A stretch of 64,000 nucleotides of DNA from a virus (IMGVR_UViG_3300045988_138952:4722-68721); one strand, 5' to 3'; numbered from the stretch's first letter, positions 54,171 to 62,282 are shown. Program-made: numbers and translations. The notes: generated by a model not told the origin, from the letters alone.

Positions 54171-54249
54171 TTCGGGCACGCTGAAAGCTAAACACGTATT
54201 GTTGCATTGAAGGGAGCCAATATTTATTAATCTTTAAATATATAGAATT

Positions 54250-54540
54250 ATGATTGGGAAAAAAGTAATTATTAGAGCAGACAGAGCGGGCGTATTTTAC
54301 GGAGTATTGAAAGAAAAAAATGGTAGTGAGGTTACATTGACAGACTGCCGAAGATTGTGGTGTTGGTATGGGGCTGCATCTATCAGCCAATTAGCTGTTG
54401 AGGGAACGAAAAGACCTAATGATTGTAAATTTACATTAGTTGTACCGATAATCTCTATTTCGGGGGTTATAGAAATAATTCCTTGTACAGATGAAGCGAT
54501 AAAATCCATTGAGGAGGTAGCCGTATGGAAGAACAGATAA
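54250..54540 (+). CDS. hypothetical protein (96 aa)
   Basis: ORF that overlaps the next gene by 16 nt. Confidence 0.65.
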   Translation: MIGKKVIIRADRAGVFYGVLKEKNGSEVTLTDCRRLWCWYGAASISQLAVEGTKRPNDCKFTLVVPIISISGVIEIIPCTDEAIKSIEEVAVWKNR

Positions 54541-55298
54541 GAAAGTTTCTTAGTATATACTCTGGCGATGGCTCTGGCGATGGCTATGGCTATGGCTATG
54601 GCTATGGCTATGGCGATGGCTCTGGCGATGGCTCTGGCTCTGGCTATGGCTATGGCGATGGCTCTGGCTATGGCGATGGCTCTGGCGATGGCGATGGCTC
54701 TGGCGATGGCTCTGGCGATGGCTCTGGCGATGGCTCTGGCGATGGCGATGGCTCTGGCTATGGCGATGGCTCTGGCTATGGCGATGGCTCTGGCGATGGC
54801 TATGGCTCTGGCGATGGCTATGGCTATGGCTATGGCTATGGCGATGGAATTAAAACATTCAATGGCGACAAAGCATATATCATTGATGATATTCCTACAA
54901 TTATCAAGCATGTTCATGACAATGTAGCTAAAGGATATATACTGAACGATGACTTTACATTGACTGAGACATTTGTTGCAAAAAGGAATGGGAAATTCGC
55001 TCATGGAGAAACATTGCACGAGGCCTTTGCTTCGCTTCAAGAAAAATTGTATGACGATTCAACCGAGGAGGAAAGGTTGGAAGCTTTTAAAAAGCATTTT
55101 CAGGACTTTACTAAAAAGGTATCGGCTAAAGAATTGTTCCATTGGCATCATGTGCTGACCGGTTCGTGCAAGCAAGGAAGGCTGTCATTCTGTGCCAATA
55201 AGGGAATAGACATTGACAATGATACTTATACCGTACATGAGTTTATAGAATTAACTCAATATTCTTATGGCGGTGATATAATCAGAAAATTGAAGTAA
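54525..55298 (+). CDS. protein with N-terminal (G-[DSY])n low-complexity region and globular C-terminal domain
   Basis: MEEQIRKFLSIYS, then about 95 residues of GDGSGDGYGYGYG.., then an ordinary 150-aa domain. Confidence 0.7.
   Translation: MEEQIRKFLSIYSGDGSGDGYGYGYGYGYGDGSGDGSGSGYGYGDGSGYGDGSGDGDGSGDGSGDGSGDGSGDGDGSGYGDGSGYGDGSGDGYGSGDGYGYGYGYGDGIKTFNGDKAYIIDDIPTIIKHVHDNVAKGYILNDDFTLTETFVAKRNGKFAHGETLHEAFASLQEKLYDDSTEEERLEAFKKHFQDFTKKVSAKELFHWHHVLTGSCKQGRLSFCANKGIDIDNDTYTVHEFIELTQYSYGGDIIRKLK
54561..54847 (+). repeat. 287-bp tandem GGC-KMT trinucleotide/hexanucleotide repeat (GGCGAT/GGCTCT/GGCTAT)
   Basis: Only four codons are used throughout (GGC, GAT, TCT, TAT). Several reading frames are open across it, including frames on both strands. 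Confidence 0.9.
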
Positions 55299-55446
55299 TA
55301 TGTAATTATCCCGTGGCTCTCAATAGATGTTTGAGAGTAGTAAGGCAACCATCGGAACGCTCACGGGAACAAAAGCCTGTAAGGATGAAAATTCATGATA
55401 GCTTTTTAATGTAAACAGTCCCGTCTACGTGCTGGTCGGGAAACAC

Positions 55447-55550
55447 TGCGACATGGCGGAATGGTAGACGTAGCACTCTATGATAGGAATGTCAAACCTT
55501 AGATGTGCGGAGCTTGACAACTCGTCCCGGTTCGAGTCCGGGTGTCGCAA
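55447..55550 (+). tRNA. type-II-like tRNA-like gene with elongated anticodon arm
   Basis: Acceptor TGCGACA/TGTCGCA (7 bp), Leu/Ser-type D region GGCGGAATGGTAGACG, T arm CCCGG-TTCGAGT-CCGGG, variable arm GAG..CTC. The anticodon arm is 36 nt (GCACTCTA../..TAGA-T-GTGC with a 9-nt tip loop). Confidence 0.45.
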
Positions 55551-55644
55551 CATCTTCACTACAGATGAAGTATTTGTTTAGTCGTAGCCGGGCGGTCTGT
55601 GAAGATAGTCCGGTTTTTATTTGAAACCCATTAATAACAATTAT

Positions 55645-56121
55645 ATGAAAACATTACAATTAAGTGAACAAAAAGCCCGTGAACTATATCGGAGCGGTTC
55701 AAAAAAACCAAAAACAGTATTGGAAGAATCCTTTGGAAAAGATTTCTTTTCACAAGACGTTACAGAAAGAGTGAAAACCTACCTTGATGCTTGCCACGAG
55801 TTGGGAAGGGAACCACTCGATGAGAAAAAGCTATTGGAATTAGGCTTAACGGAACACGATATTGCTTACCAAAAGCTGACTCTAATTATAGAAGCCCTAA
55901 ACGAAGGTTGGAAAGCTGATGTATGCGATGCAAACGTGAGACGCTGGTATCCGTGGTTCGAGCCTAATGGGTCTCCTTCCTCTTTCGCTTTCGGCGTTTC
56001 GCTTTGCGCTTCTGCGTGTGCGAATGCGGGTAGCGGGTCTCGCCTTTGTTTGAAAAGCGAAAAGCTTTCCAATTATTGCGGGAAGCAATTCATTGATTTG
56101 TGGAAACAATTTATTCTATAA
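55645..56121 (+). CDS. hypothetical protein; paralogue of 56140..56613
   Basis: Shares ..EALNEGWKAD..SPSSFAF..AGSGSRLC.K..QFID.WK with the next gene. Confidence 0.7.
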   Translation: MKTLQLSEQKARELYRSGSKKPKTVLEESFGKDFFSQDVTERVKTYLDACHELGREPLDEKKLLELGLTEHDIAYQKLTLIIEALNEGWKADVCDANVRRWYPWFEPNGSPSSFAFGVSLCASACANAGSGSRLCLKSEKLSNYCGKQFIDLWKQFIL

Positions 56122-56139
56122 CCCTATAAACTTACAATT

Positions 56140-56613
56140 ATGACTTTAAATGTAGATAAAAAGAACGCTTTAAAGGCTTGGAGAGAAGCGGACAATAAAG
56201 GAAAGCAGATGCTTGAAAATCTATACGGCAAAGAAATATTTGCCAATCAAAACGTAATGGATAGAATCAAAACGTTTGAAGACGCAATGGAAGAAACAGG
56301 AAGAAAAGGTGTCCCTGATTTTTCAGATTTACCCAAAGACATGCGCAGGCATTTCATTGCGTTATATAAAATGGAAGTTATTACGGAAGCTCTGAATGAA
56401 GGCTGGAAAGCAGACTGGGATAACTCGGATGAGAACAGGTATTATCCCTATTTCATTATGTCTCCTTCCTCTTTCGCTTTCTACGCTTCGTCTTTCGCTA
56501 TTGCGTTTGCGAGTGCGGGTAGCGGGTCTCGCCTTTGTTATAAAACACGCGAACTTGCGGCATATTCGGCAAAACAATTTATTGACATTTGGAAAGACAT
56601 CCAGATAGGATAA
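56140..56613 (+). CDS. hypothetical protein; paralogue of 55645..56121
   Basis: Tandem duplicate, with the motifs listed for 55645..56121. Confidence 0.7.
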   Translation: MTLNVDKKNALKAWREADNKGKQMLENLYGKEIFANQNVMDRIKTFEDAMEETGRKGVPDFSDLPKDMRRHFIALYKMEVITEALNEGWKADWDNSDENRYYPYFIMSPSSFAFYASSFAIAFASAGSGSRLCYKTRELAAYSAKQFIDIWKDIQIG

Positions 56614-56661
56614 GCATACAAAGGTCGTCTGCCCTTGTCTCCTTCCTCTTAAAAATAAATT

Positions 56662-57225
56662 ATGGAACAAGAAATTTGGAAAGATATAATTGGATATGAA
56701 GGGATATATCAAATATCCAGTTTAGGTAGAGTAAAATCTGTGAGCAGATATGTAAACCATATAAATGGAGTAAGACATGTTCATAGTAAAATTTTAAAGC
56801 CTAATAGTTGTTCTCTTTATTTAAATATTAGTCTTAGTAGAAAATGTGTAATGAATAGATTCACTATACATAGGCTTGTAGCTAAAGCTTTTATTCCTAA
56901 CCCTAATAATCTTCCACAAGTTAATCATAGAGACGGTAATAAATTTAATAATAAAGTAGAAAATCTTGAATGGTGTTCTTCCTCTGATAATCAAAAACAC
57001 GCATATAGAATTGGGTTAAAAAAAACTCCTAATTTAGGCAGATTCGGCAGTCTAAATCATTCATCTAAAGTTATAATACAATATAGTTTAACAGGAGTGC
57101 CAATTCAAGAATACGGAAGCACAAGAGAGGCTTCCAGAGTTACTAAAATAAATCAAGGAACTATAGCAGCATGCGCAAGAGGGGAAAGAGCATCAGCCGG
57201 TTCTTATAAATGGAGATATAAATAA
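56662..57225 (+). mobile_element. free-standing HNH homing endonuclease (NUMOD4 + HNH_3 type)
   Basis: N-terminus EIWKDIIGYEGIYQISSLGRVKS, HNH core ..HRLVAKAFIPNPNNLPQVNHRDGNKFNNKVENLEW, and a C-terminal IENR-like HTH (YGSTREASRVTKINQGTIAACARG). Visibly AT-richer than its flanks. Confidence 0.8.
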
Positions 57226-57339
57226 CCAAATTCAGCCGCAGAAAAGGTCAGAGCTATTACCGTACTAAAAGCCGTGAGAGAAGCGAAGTGCGCACCGCTT
57301 CCCTTTAACCTTGTACGGGCGGTTTAAAAACACAATACA

Positions 57340-57576
57340 ATGGAAAATGAACTTGAAGAACTGTACAAGGAGCTGAACGAAGTCAAAGCTTGCGATTTGG
57401 ACTATCTTCCCAAATACGGCTATTCTTCAAAAGAAGAAATCATTCAGCTTATAGAGGAAGATATTGAGGAGTTGCGCGCAGAGATGGAATGTAACCAATA
57501 CGATTACACTCCTGCTGAACTTAAAGAAGAAAGAACTAATCTCTGCCTTAGTCAGGGGTTATCAAGATATTGTTGA
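57340..57576 (+). CDS. hypothetical acidic protein (78 aa)
   Basis: ORF upstream of the recombination genes. Confidence 0.55.
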   Translation: MENELEELYKELNEVKACDLDYLPKYGYSSKEEIIQLIEEDIEELRAEMECNQYDYTPAELKEERTNLCLSQGLSRYC

Positions 57577-57595
57577 ATTAAAAATTTATCATATT

Positions 57596-58450
57596 ATGGG
57601 ATTAGAAAATTACGAAGTGCTTCCTATAGAAGCGCAGGATGTACAAATCGTACAGGTGGATGCGGTTGAACGCGCCAGTGTTGACAGTCAAGTGGCAACA
57701 GCTAAACAATATCCAAGAAGTATTAAAAGATGCGTTGACAATTCTATCGCTATAGCAACAATGGATGTTGAGACGGCGCAAAGCTGCGGGTATGCGTTAC
57801 CTCGTGGTGGGAAACCTATTACCGGCCCATCTGTGCACCTCGCCAAGATTATTGTATCTAACTGGGGGAACATAAGGACAGAAGCCAAGGTGGTTCAAAT
57901 CACCGATAAGCAGATAATCAGTAGAGGAACCTGCTGGGATTTGGAAGCGAACGTAGCTTCCGCCTTTGAAGTTCGCAGAAGTATTGTCAATAGCAAAGGA
58001 CAACGTTTTTCTGATGATATGATTACCGTTACTGGGAATGCAGCAAACAGTATTGCATACAGAAATGCGGTGTTTGCGGTCGTTCCAAAAGCGGTCGTTG
58101 AGAAAGTTTATAGGGCTGCGCGAAAGTTCATCACTGGCGATTTGTCTGATGAAGAAAAAATAATCAAGAGAAGAAAAGGAGCAATAGATTTTTTATTTGA
58201 CGAATACGGAATTACAGGAGAGGAAACAATCAAATTGTGTGGTAAACAGACAATAAATCAGATTAAGGCGGATGAAATCGCACTACTTCTTGGAATTGTT
58301 CAGTCCCTGAAAGACGGAGATACTACTGTTGATGAACTTATGAAACCAATCAGAGGAAGTAAGGAAGCAAAGAAAGAAGCTATGAAAAAAGCAATGAAGC
58401 CAGTAATTGATAAGACAGCAGGTGAAATCTTTAGCCAGCCCGCACAATGA
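57596..58450 (+). CDS. putative single-strand annealing protein (by synteny)
   Basis: 284-aa ORF whose stop overlaps the start of the YqaJ exonuclease gene. The family was not recognised by eye. Confidence 0.4.
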   Translation: MGLENYEVLPIEAQDVQIVQVDAVERASVDSQVATAKQYPRSIKRCVDNSIAIATMDVETAQSCGYALPRGGKPITGPSVHLAKIIVSNWGNIRTEAKVVQITDKQIISRGTCWDLEANVASAFEVRRSIVNSKGQRFSDDMITVTGNAANSIAYRNAVFAVVPKAVVEKVYRAARKFITGDLSDEEKIIKRRKGAIDFLFDEYGITGEETIKLCGKQTINQIKADEIALLLGIVQSLKDGDTTVDELMKPIRGSKEAKKEAMKKAMKPVIDKTAGEIFSQPAQ

Positions 58451-59115
58451 TAGAACAAGGTTCAAAGGAATGGCTGGTGTCCCGCTTGGGAAAGATAACT
58501 GGTAGCCGCATTGGTGACCTTATGACAAGCGGAAAGAGAGGGGAATTGTTTGGAAAGACAGCCCTTTCCTATATATATGAAGTCGCAGCAGAGCGTAATA
58601 TTCTTCCTAAATATATTGAAGATGATTATCTGTTTGAGATATACCAAAACCAGGTAAGCATCAACAACAAGTTTATAGAGTTTGGGCATGATAATGAGGA
58701 TTTCGCAGCCGAATGTTATCAGCTTGTTACCGGATGCGAACTTGAAGAGTGCGAAAGCATACAACATCCTACAATACCTTATTTCTCAGCTTCTCCCGAC
58801 CGGATAGCGATTAGGAATGGCACAAGAAAGGTGGTAGAGGTGAAATGTCCTTTGCCTAAAACATTCATAGAATACATGGCAGAGGTTAAGGATAACAAAA
58901 CTCTGAAAGCTGTTAATCCTAAATATTTCTACCAAGTACAAGCGGAGATGTCTTGTACGGGTTTGGGCAAAGCCGATTTTGTCGTTTTCTGCCCGTTCTT
59001 GAAGCATAGCATTCACATTGTAGAGATAACAAGAGATGAAGCTGTAATAGCCGAATTTGAGAAGCGTATAACCGAAGCAAATAAAATTATTAATCAAATA
59101 CTCAATAAGAAATGA
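58447..59115 (+). CDS. YqaJ-like viral recombinase exonuclease
   Basis: N-terminal signature QGSKEWLVSRLGKITGSRIGDLM and ..ASPDRIA..VEVKCP.. (PD-(D/E)xK). Confidence 0.8.
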   Translation: MIEQGSKEWLVSRLGKITGSRIGDLMTSGKRGELFGKTALSYIYEVAAERNILPKYIEDDYLFEIYQNQVSINNKFIEFGHDNEDFAAECYQLVTGCELEECESIQHPTIPYFSASPDRIAIRNGTRKVVEVKCPLPKTFIEYMAEVKDNKTLKAVNPKYFYQVQAEMSCTGLGKADFVVFCPFLKHSIHIVEITRDEAVIAEFEKRITEANKIINQILNKK

Positions 59116-59492
59116 ATTTAACCGGAAACGTAAATTTGCTAAAGCTCGAAAAAGCGGGCATAGCAACAATCAAGAATAAGAAATGCGTTGTCATTCCTAT
59201 AGAAGAAAACGACCTTTATGTAAGTATGGACGAGAACCTGAAAGCAAAAGCCGTCTATCTTAACGTTAATATTAATGAGCGTAGAGAGCCGAGCCAATAC
59301 GGCAATACTCATTACTGCAAACAATACTTATCAAAGCAGTATAAGGATGCGAACAAGACAGAAGCAGAAGCCAAGTCAAAGGTTTACTTGGGAGACTTCA
59401 AGCCTTATGAGTTTGAGGGTTCAAGCAATGCGGCTGCTACGGTGGAAGCGCCTGTTGTGCAAGCCGAAGAAGATGACGGACTCCCATTTTAG
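59112..59492 (+). CDS. SSB-like protein with acidic C-terminal tip
   Basis: The C-terminus ..AEEDDGLPF resembles the SSB DDDIPF tail. It follows the exonuclease and annealase genes. Confidence 0.5.
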   Translation: MNLTGNVNLLKLEKAGIATIKNKKCVVIPIEENDLYVSMDENLKAKAVYLNVNINERREPSQYGNTHYCKQYLSKQYKDANKTEAEAKSKVYLGDFKPYEFEGSSNAAATVEAPVVQAEEDDGLPF

Positions 59493-59533
59493 GAAAAAAA
59501 CTCTGAATATTTTGGCATTTTAGAAAAAGGAAG

Positions 59534-59541
59534 TATATTTG
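59534..59541 (+). promoter_or_regulatory. -7 box TATATTTG upstream of antirepressor gene
   Basis: tatatttg in the intergenic region 59493..59738. Confidence 0.45.
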
Positions 59542-59562
59542 CAGCGACCTACATAATGAATG

Positions 59563-59582
59563 GCGAGTGACGCTCGCTTTTT
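59563..59582 (+). terminator. small promoter-proximal terminator
   Basis: GCGAG-TGACG-CTCGC followed by TTTTTAG. Confidence 0.45.
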
Positions 59583-59621
59583 AGTGAGCATTTTTTATGC
59601 TTGCAAGTTTGCTGCAATATA

Positions 59622-59704
59622 GCGGCTGTTACCCCCGAGTGGAGAAGTTAATGCTCTCCCTGCCATTCATTGGTGTAGGTCATCGGGAAAGGACAGCCGT
59701 TTTT
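59622..59704 (+). promoter_or_regulatory. compound stem-loop plus T-run in antirepressor leader
   Basis: The outer helix GCGGCTGT/ACAGCCGT encloses CCCGA/TCGGG and GGAGA/TCTCC helices, followed by TTTT. Confidence 0.4.
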
Positions 59705-59738
59705 CTGTCTATAATGCCAAAAAAAAAGACCTACAACT

Positions 59739-60512
59739 ATGGCAACAAATTTATTCCAAACGGGAAATTCCTATTTTGGAACATCCCTACCAAATGAAGG
59801 CGGTGAACTTATACCGCTACAAGACTACAACGGTAAGAAAGCAGTAAGCGCAAGACTTCTTCATTCGTTTCTTGAAAGCAAACAACAGTTTGCCGATTGG
59901 ATTAAAAACCGAATAGAGCAGTGCGATTTAATTGAGAACCAAGATTTTGAGGTTTTTCAGAATTTTATGAAAAACCCTAATGGAGGGAGACCATTGACAG
60001 AATATGCTCTAACCATTGATTCAGCTAAAGAAATATCAATGATGGAGGGAAACGAAAAAGGGAAGCAGGCTCGACGATATTTTATCGCTTGTGAACATAA
60101 GCTAAAGGAGCTTTCTTCTCCTTCCTACATGATTTCCGACCCAATCAAACGAGCCGAGAAATGGATAGAGGAAGAAAAGGTGCGCCAACAGCTTGCACTT
60201 GAAAACGAGATGAACAGACCGAAAGTTGTATATTTCGACAATCTGGTATCAAGAAACCTGCTTACCAATCTTAGGGACACAGCAAAGCAGATACACGTCC
60301 CTCAAAACAAGTTTATTTCATTGCTTATAGACAACAAATACCTATATAGAGACGCAAAAGAGAAGCTTAAACCGTATTCCCAATACGTACCGATGTACTT
60401 TGAGTTAAAGGACTTTGAGAAAAACGGGCACGCAGGTACGCAGCTTCTTGTCACTCCGAAAGGAAAGGAAACGTTTCGTCTTATGTGGGGAGGAGTTGGA
60501 TATGAGAACTGA
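59739..60512 (+). CDS. antirepressor (AntA/AntB N-domain + KilAC C-domain)
   Basis: ..AVSARLLHSFLESKQQFADWIKNRI..GGRPLTEYALTIDSAKEISMMEGNEKGKQARRYFIACE.. and the C-terminus ..LRDTAKQI..YSQYVPMYFE..LVTPKGKETF. Confidence 0.8.
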   Translation: MATNLFQTGNSYFGTSLPNEGGELIPLQDYNGKKAVSARLLHSFLESKQQFADWIKNRIEQCDLIENQDFEVFQNFMKNPNGGRPLTEYALTIDSAKEISMMEGNEKGKQARRYFIACEHKLKELSSPSYMISDPIKRAEKWIEEEKVRQQLALENEMNRPKVVYFDNLVSRNLLTNLRDTAKQIHVPQNKFISLLIDNKYLYRDAKEKLKPYSQYVPMYFELKDFEKNGHAGTQLLVTPKGKETFRLMWGGVGYEN

Positions 60513-60702
60513 AAAGCAGTATGATTTATCCGGGTTCAATCAGTTGTTCAACGAATCCTTGTCACCAAGGGAACTTGCAGACGAACTTGTTCAACTGCTG
60601 TTCAATTACGCTTCATGTGTCGATGAAGGCAATGCAGAGCTATTCAGAAATGATGCAAGCACTATATACCTTATTCATCAAGAGCTGATTAACATCAAGT
60701 AA
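60502..60702 (+). CDS. small acidic protein; paralogue of 1482..1715
   Basis: MRTEKQYDLSGFNQLFNESLSPRELADELVQLLFNYASCVDEGNAELF... It overlaps the antirepressor stop. Confidence 0.55.
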   Translation: MRTEKQYDLSGFNQLFNESLSPRELADELVQLLFNYASCVDEGNAELFRNDASTIYLIHQELINIK

Positions 60703-60771
60703 TGAATTATAATCAACCAAGCGTAGGTGGCATTATTATAATGTTACCTCGCTTTTTATATCATTAATCCA

Positions 60772-60969
60772 ATGAAACTCACCCTCACAAAACAGGAAGT
60801 GCTTCTCCTGCAAAAGCTTCTTTACTCCTACAAGGAATGCCTGCCAGATGGAACGACGGAGAAGCATGGACGTTTTGTCGGGAAACTTAACAAGAAAATT
60901 AAAAGACAAATTTTAAAACAGAACAATAATGTACTACGAACTAAAGCTGAAGGTAAACAAGACCAATGA
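60772..60969 (+). CDS. small basic protein; paralogue of 62118..62282
   Basis: MKLTLTKQE..KLNKKIKRQI compared with MKLTVTKSE..KLNKKIARQI. Confidence 0.5.
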   Translation: MKLTLTKQEVLLLQKLLYSYKECLPDGTTEKHGRFVGKLNKKIKRQILKQNNNVLRTKAEGKQDQ

Positions 60970-61327
60970 CAAAGGAGAAGAAAAAGAAGTCACCGAACAA
61001 TATATTACCGATGATGAACTTTTCGGTCATGTGGAATTAAAAGGAAATGAGTTATACAATGGTGATTGTGATGTTTTTGCAATCAGCCGAAGTAAGATAC
61101 GTGAGATTATCAATGAGAAACAGGAAGATGAGTTCTTTTATAAGGTCACTCTTGTTGAGATTTTCGTAGACGAAAACGGGAAAGAAAAAGAGAACAAATA
61201 TTATGTTCTAATAGCAGCAAAAGACATGGACGATGCCAACAGAAAGGCGGCGGAATACATGAAACAGGGGCTTCAAGACATGAAGCTGGACGCTATTGCA
61301 AAGACAAAGATTTTAGACTTGATATAA
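60929..61327 (+). CDS. hypothetical protein, DUF4494-like
   Basis: MYYELKLKVNKTNDKGEEKEVTEQYITDDELFGHVE.. resembles the Bacteroidetes DUF4494 N-terminus (from memory). Confidence 0.55.
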   Translation: MYYELKLKVNKTNDKGEEKEVTEQYITDDELFGHVELKGNELYNGDCDVFAISRSKIREIINEKQEDEFFYKVTLVEIFVDENGKEKENKYYVLIAAKDMDDANRKAAEYMKQGLQDMKLDAIAKTKILDLI

Positions 61328-61489
61328 TTAACCGAAAGCCCTCTGCTCACGCAGAAGTCCCGTGAAAGGTTCGGGTTAAGTGATTTAATTTCAGCTAACA
61401 GTTAACTATCCCGGTGTGGCTTGACCGCCTATCCGGGAACTATTTGTTAACCTGCCTGTCCGGTCTGCGAAGATGGGGCGGGTGAACAT

Positions 61490-61563
61490 GGGGCGTTTGG
61501 CTGGTGTGACTAATGTAATGCGCAGCATTGTAGAGGAGGGCAGTTCGATTCTGTCACGCCCCT
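61490..61563 (+). ncRNA. 73-nt tRNA-like element (perfect acceptor + T arm, non-canonical D and anticodon regions)
   Basis: GGGGCGT/ACGCCCC acceptor and GGCAG-TTCGATT-CTGTC T arm at canonical spacing. I could not fold a 5-bp/7-nt anticodon arm. Confidence 0.35.
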
Positions 61564-61653
61564 CATAAATGTGAGCCACACATAAATGGCAAGGGTTAGT
61601 AAATAATGGTTGTGCCCCGGAGAATACGCTTCGGGACTTTAATAAAAAACAGC

Positions 61654-62109
61654 ATGGAAACAAAAGAAATTACCAAGACTATTTACATTGCAAATGACGG
61701 GAAAGAGTTCTTAACGAAAGAAGATTGCGAAAAGCATGAAAGGTTTGTTGAAGAAATACTTTCACGTATTAAGTATTTCTGTATCAGATGTAATCCTGAC
61801 TTAACAGAAACAGGAAATTTCTCTCATAAAATATATGTGGCTGTGTTTTCTAAACATTACCTATATAAAGATATTGCATTTCAATGGGCTTTAAAGAAGT
61901 TTGGTACTTACTTAGGGGAAAGCGTAATGGGATATGGCTTCCAACCCCATTTTAATGTAAGTGAAGTTTCTAAAGAAGAATATGAAGAATGCCCTGCTAC
62001 TGTTTGGGGAGGCACTCCATTGAAGAGTGAGAAAATATTCCTTAGTCCCAAATCGGTAGAAGGATTTCCTGAAAACATTGACTACATGGAAGAATGGGGA
62101 TTCAAATAA
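61654..62109 (+). CDS. hypothetical protein (151 aa)
   Basis: ORF from an internal Met (METKEITKTIYIANDGKEF..). Confidence 0.65.
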   Translation: METKEITKTIYIANDGKEFLTKEDCEKHERFVEEILSRIKYFCIRCNPDLTETGNFSHKIYVAVFSKHYLYKDIAFQWALKKFGTYLGESVMGYGFQPHFNVSEVSKEEYEECPATVWGGTPLKSEKIFLSPKSVEGFPENIDYMEEWGFK

Positions 62110-62117
62110 AAACTTGA

Positions 62118-62282
62118 ATGAAACTTACAGTAACCAAATCCGAAGGTGCAATCATTCAGAAGCTTATCGCAGACCGAAAGTCAGACATTCATAATATTGG
62201 AGGTGACAGCAAGCAGGCAGAGCGTCTAAGTAAGTTGAACAAGAAGATTGCAAGGCAGATAAAGAAACAATACAAGACATGA
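62118..62282 (+). CDS. small basic protein (54 aa); paralogue of 60772..60969
   Basis: My translation: MKLTVTKSEGAIIQKLIADRKSDIHNIGGDSKQAERLSKLNKKIARQIKKQYKT. Its stop overlaps the next ATG. Confidence 0.45.
   Translation: MKLTVTKSEGAIIQKLIADRKSDIHNIGGDSKQAERLSKLNKKIARQIKKQYKT

Noticed and set aside
54561-54847. Possible CRISPR array.
   Set aside because: The period is 3-6 nt, there are no spacers and no cas genes, and it lies inside an ORF.
54297-55040. ORFs 54297..55040 (-) and 54568..54927 (+) encoding AIAIARAIA../MALAMAMAM.. repeats.
   Set aside because: They are alternative frames of the GGC-NNT repeat. Only the frame starting at 54525 continues into a normal globular domain.
61406-61663. 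85-aa - strand ORF overlapping the tRNA-like element.
   Set aside because: It is antisense to a structured region and its sequence is not protein-like.
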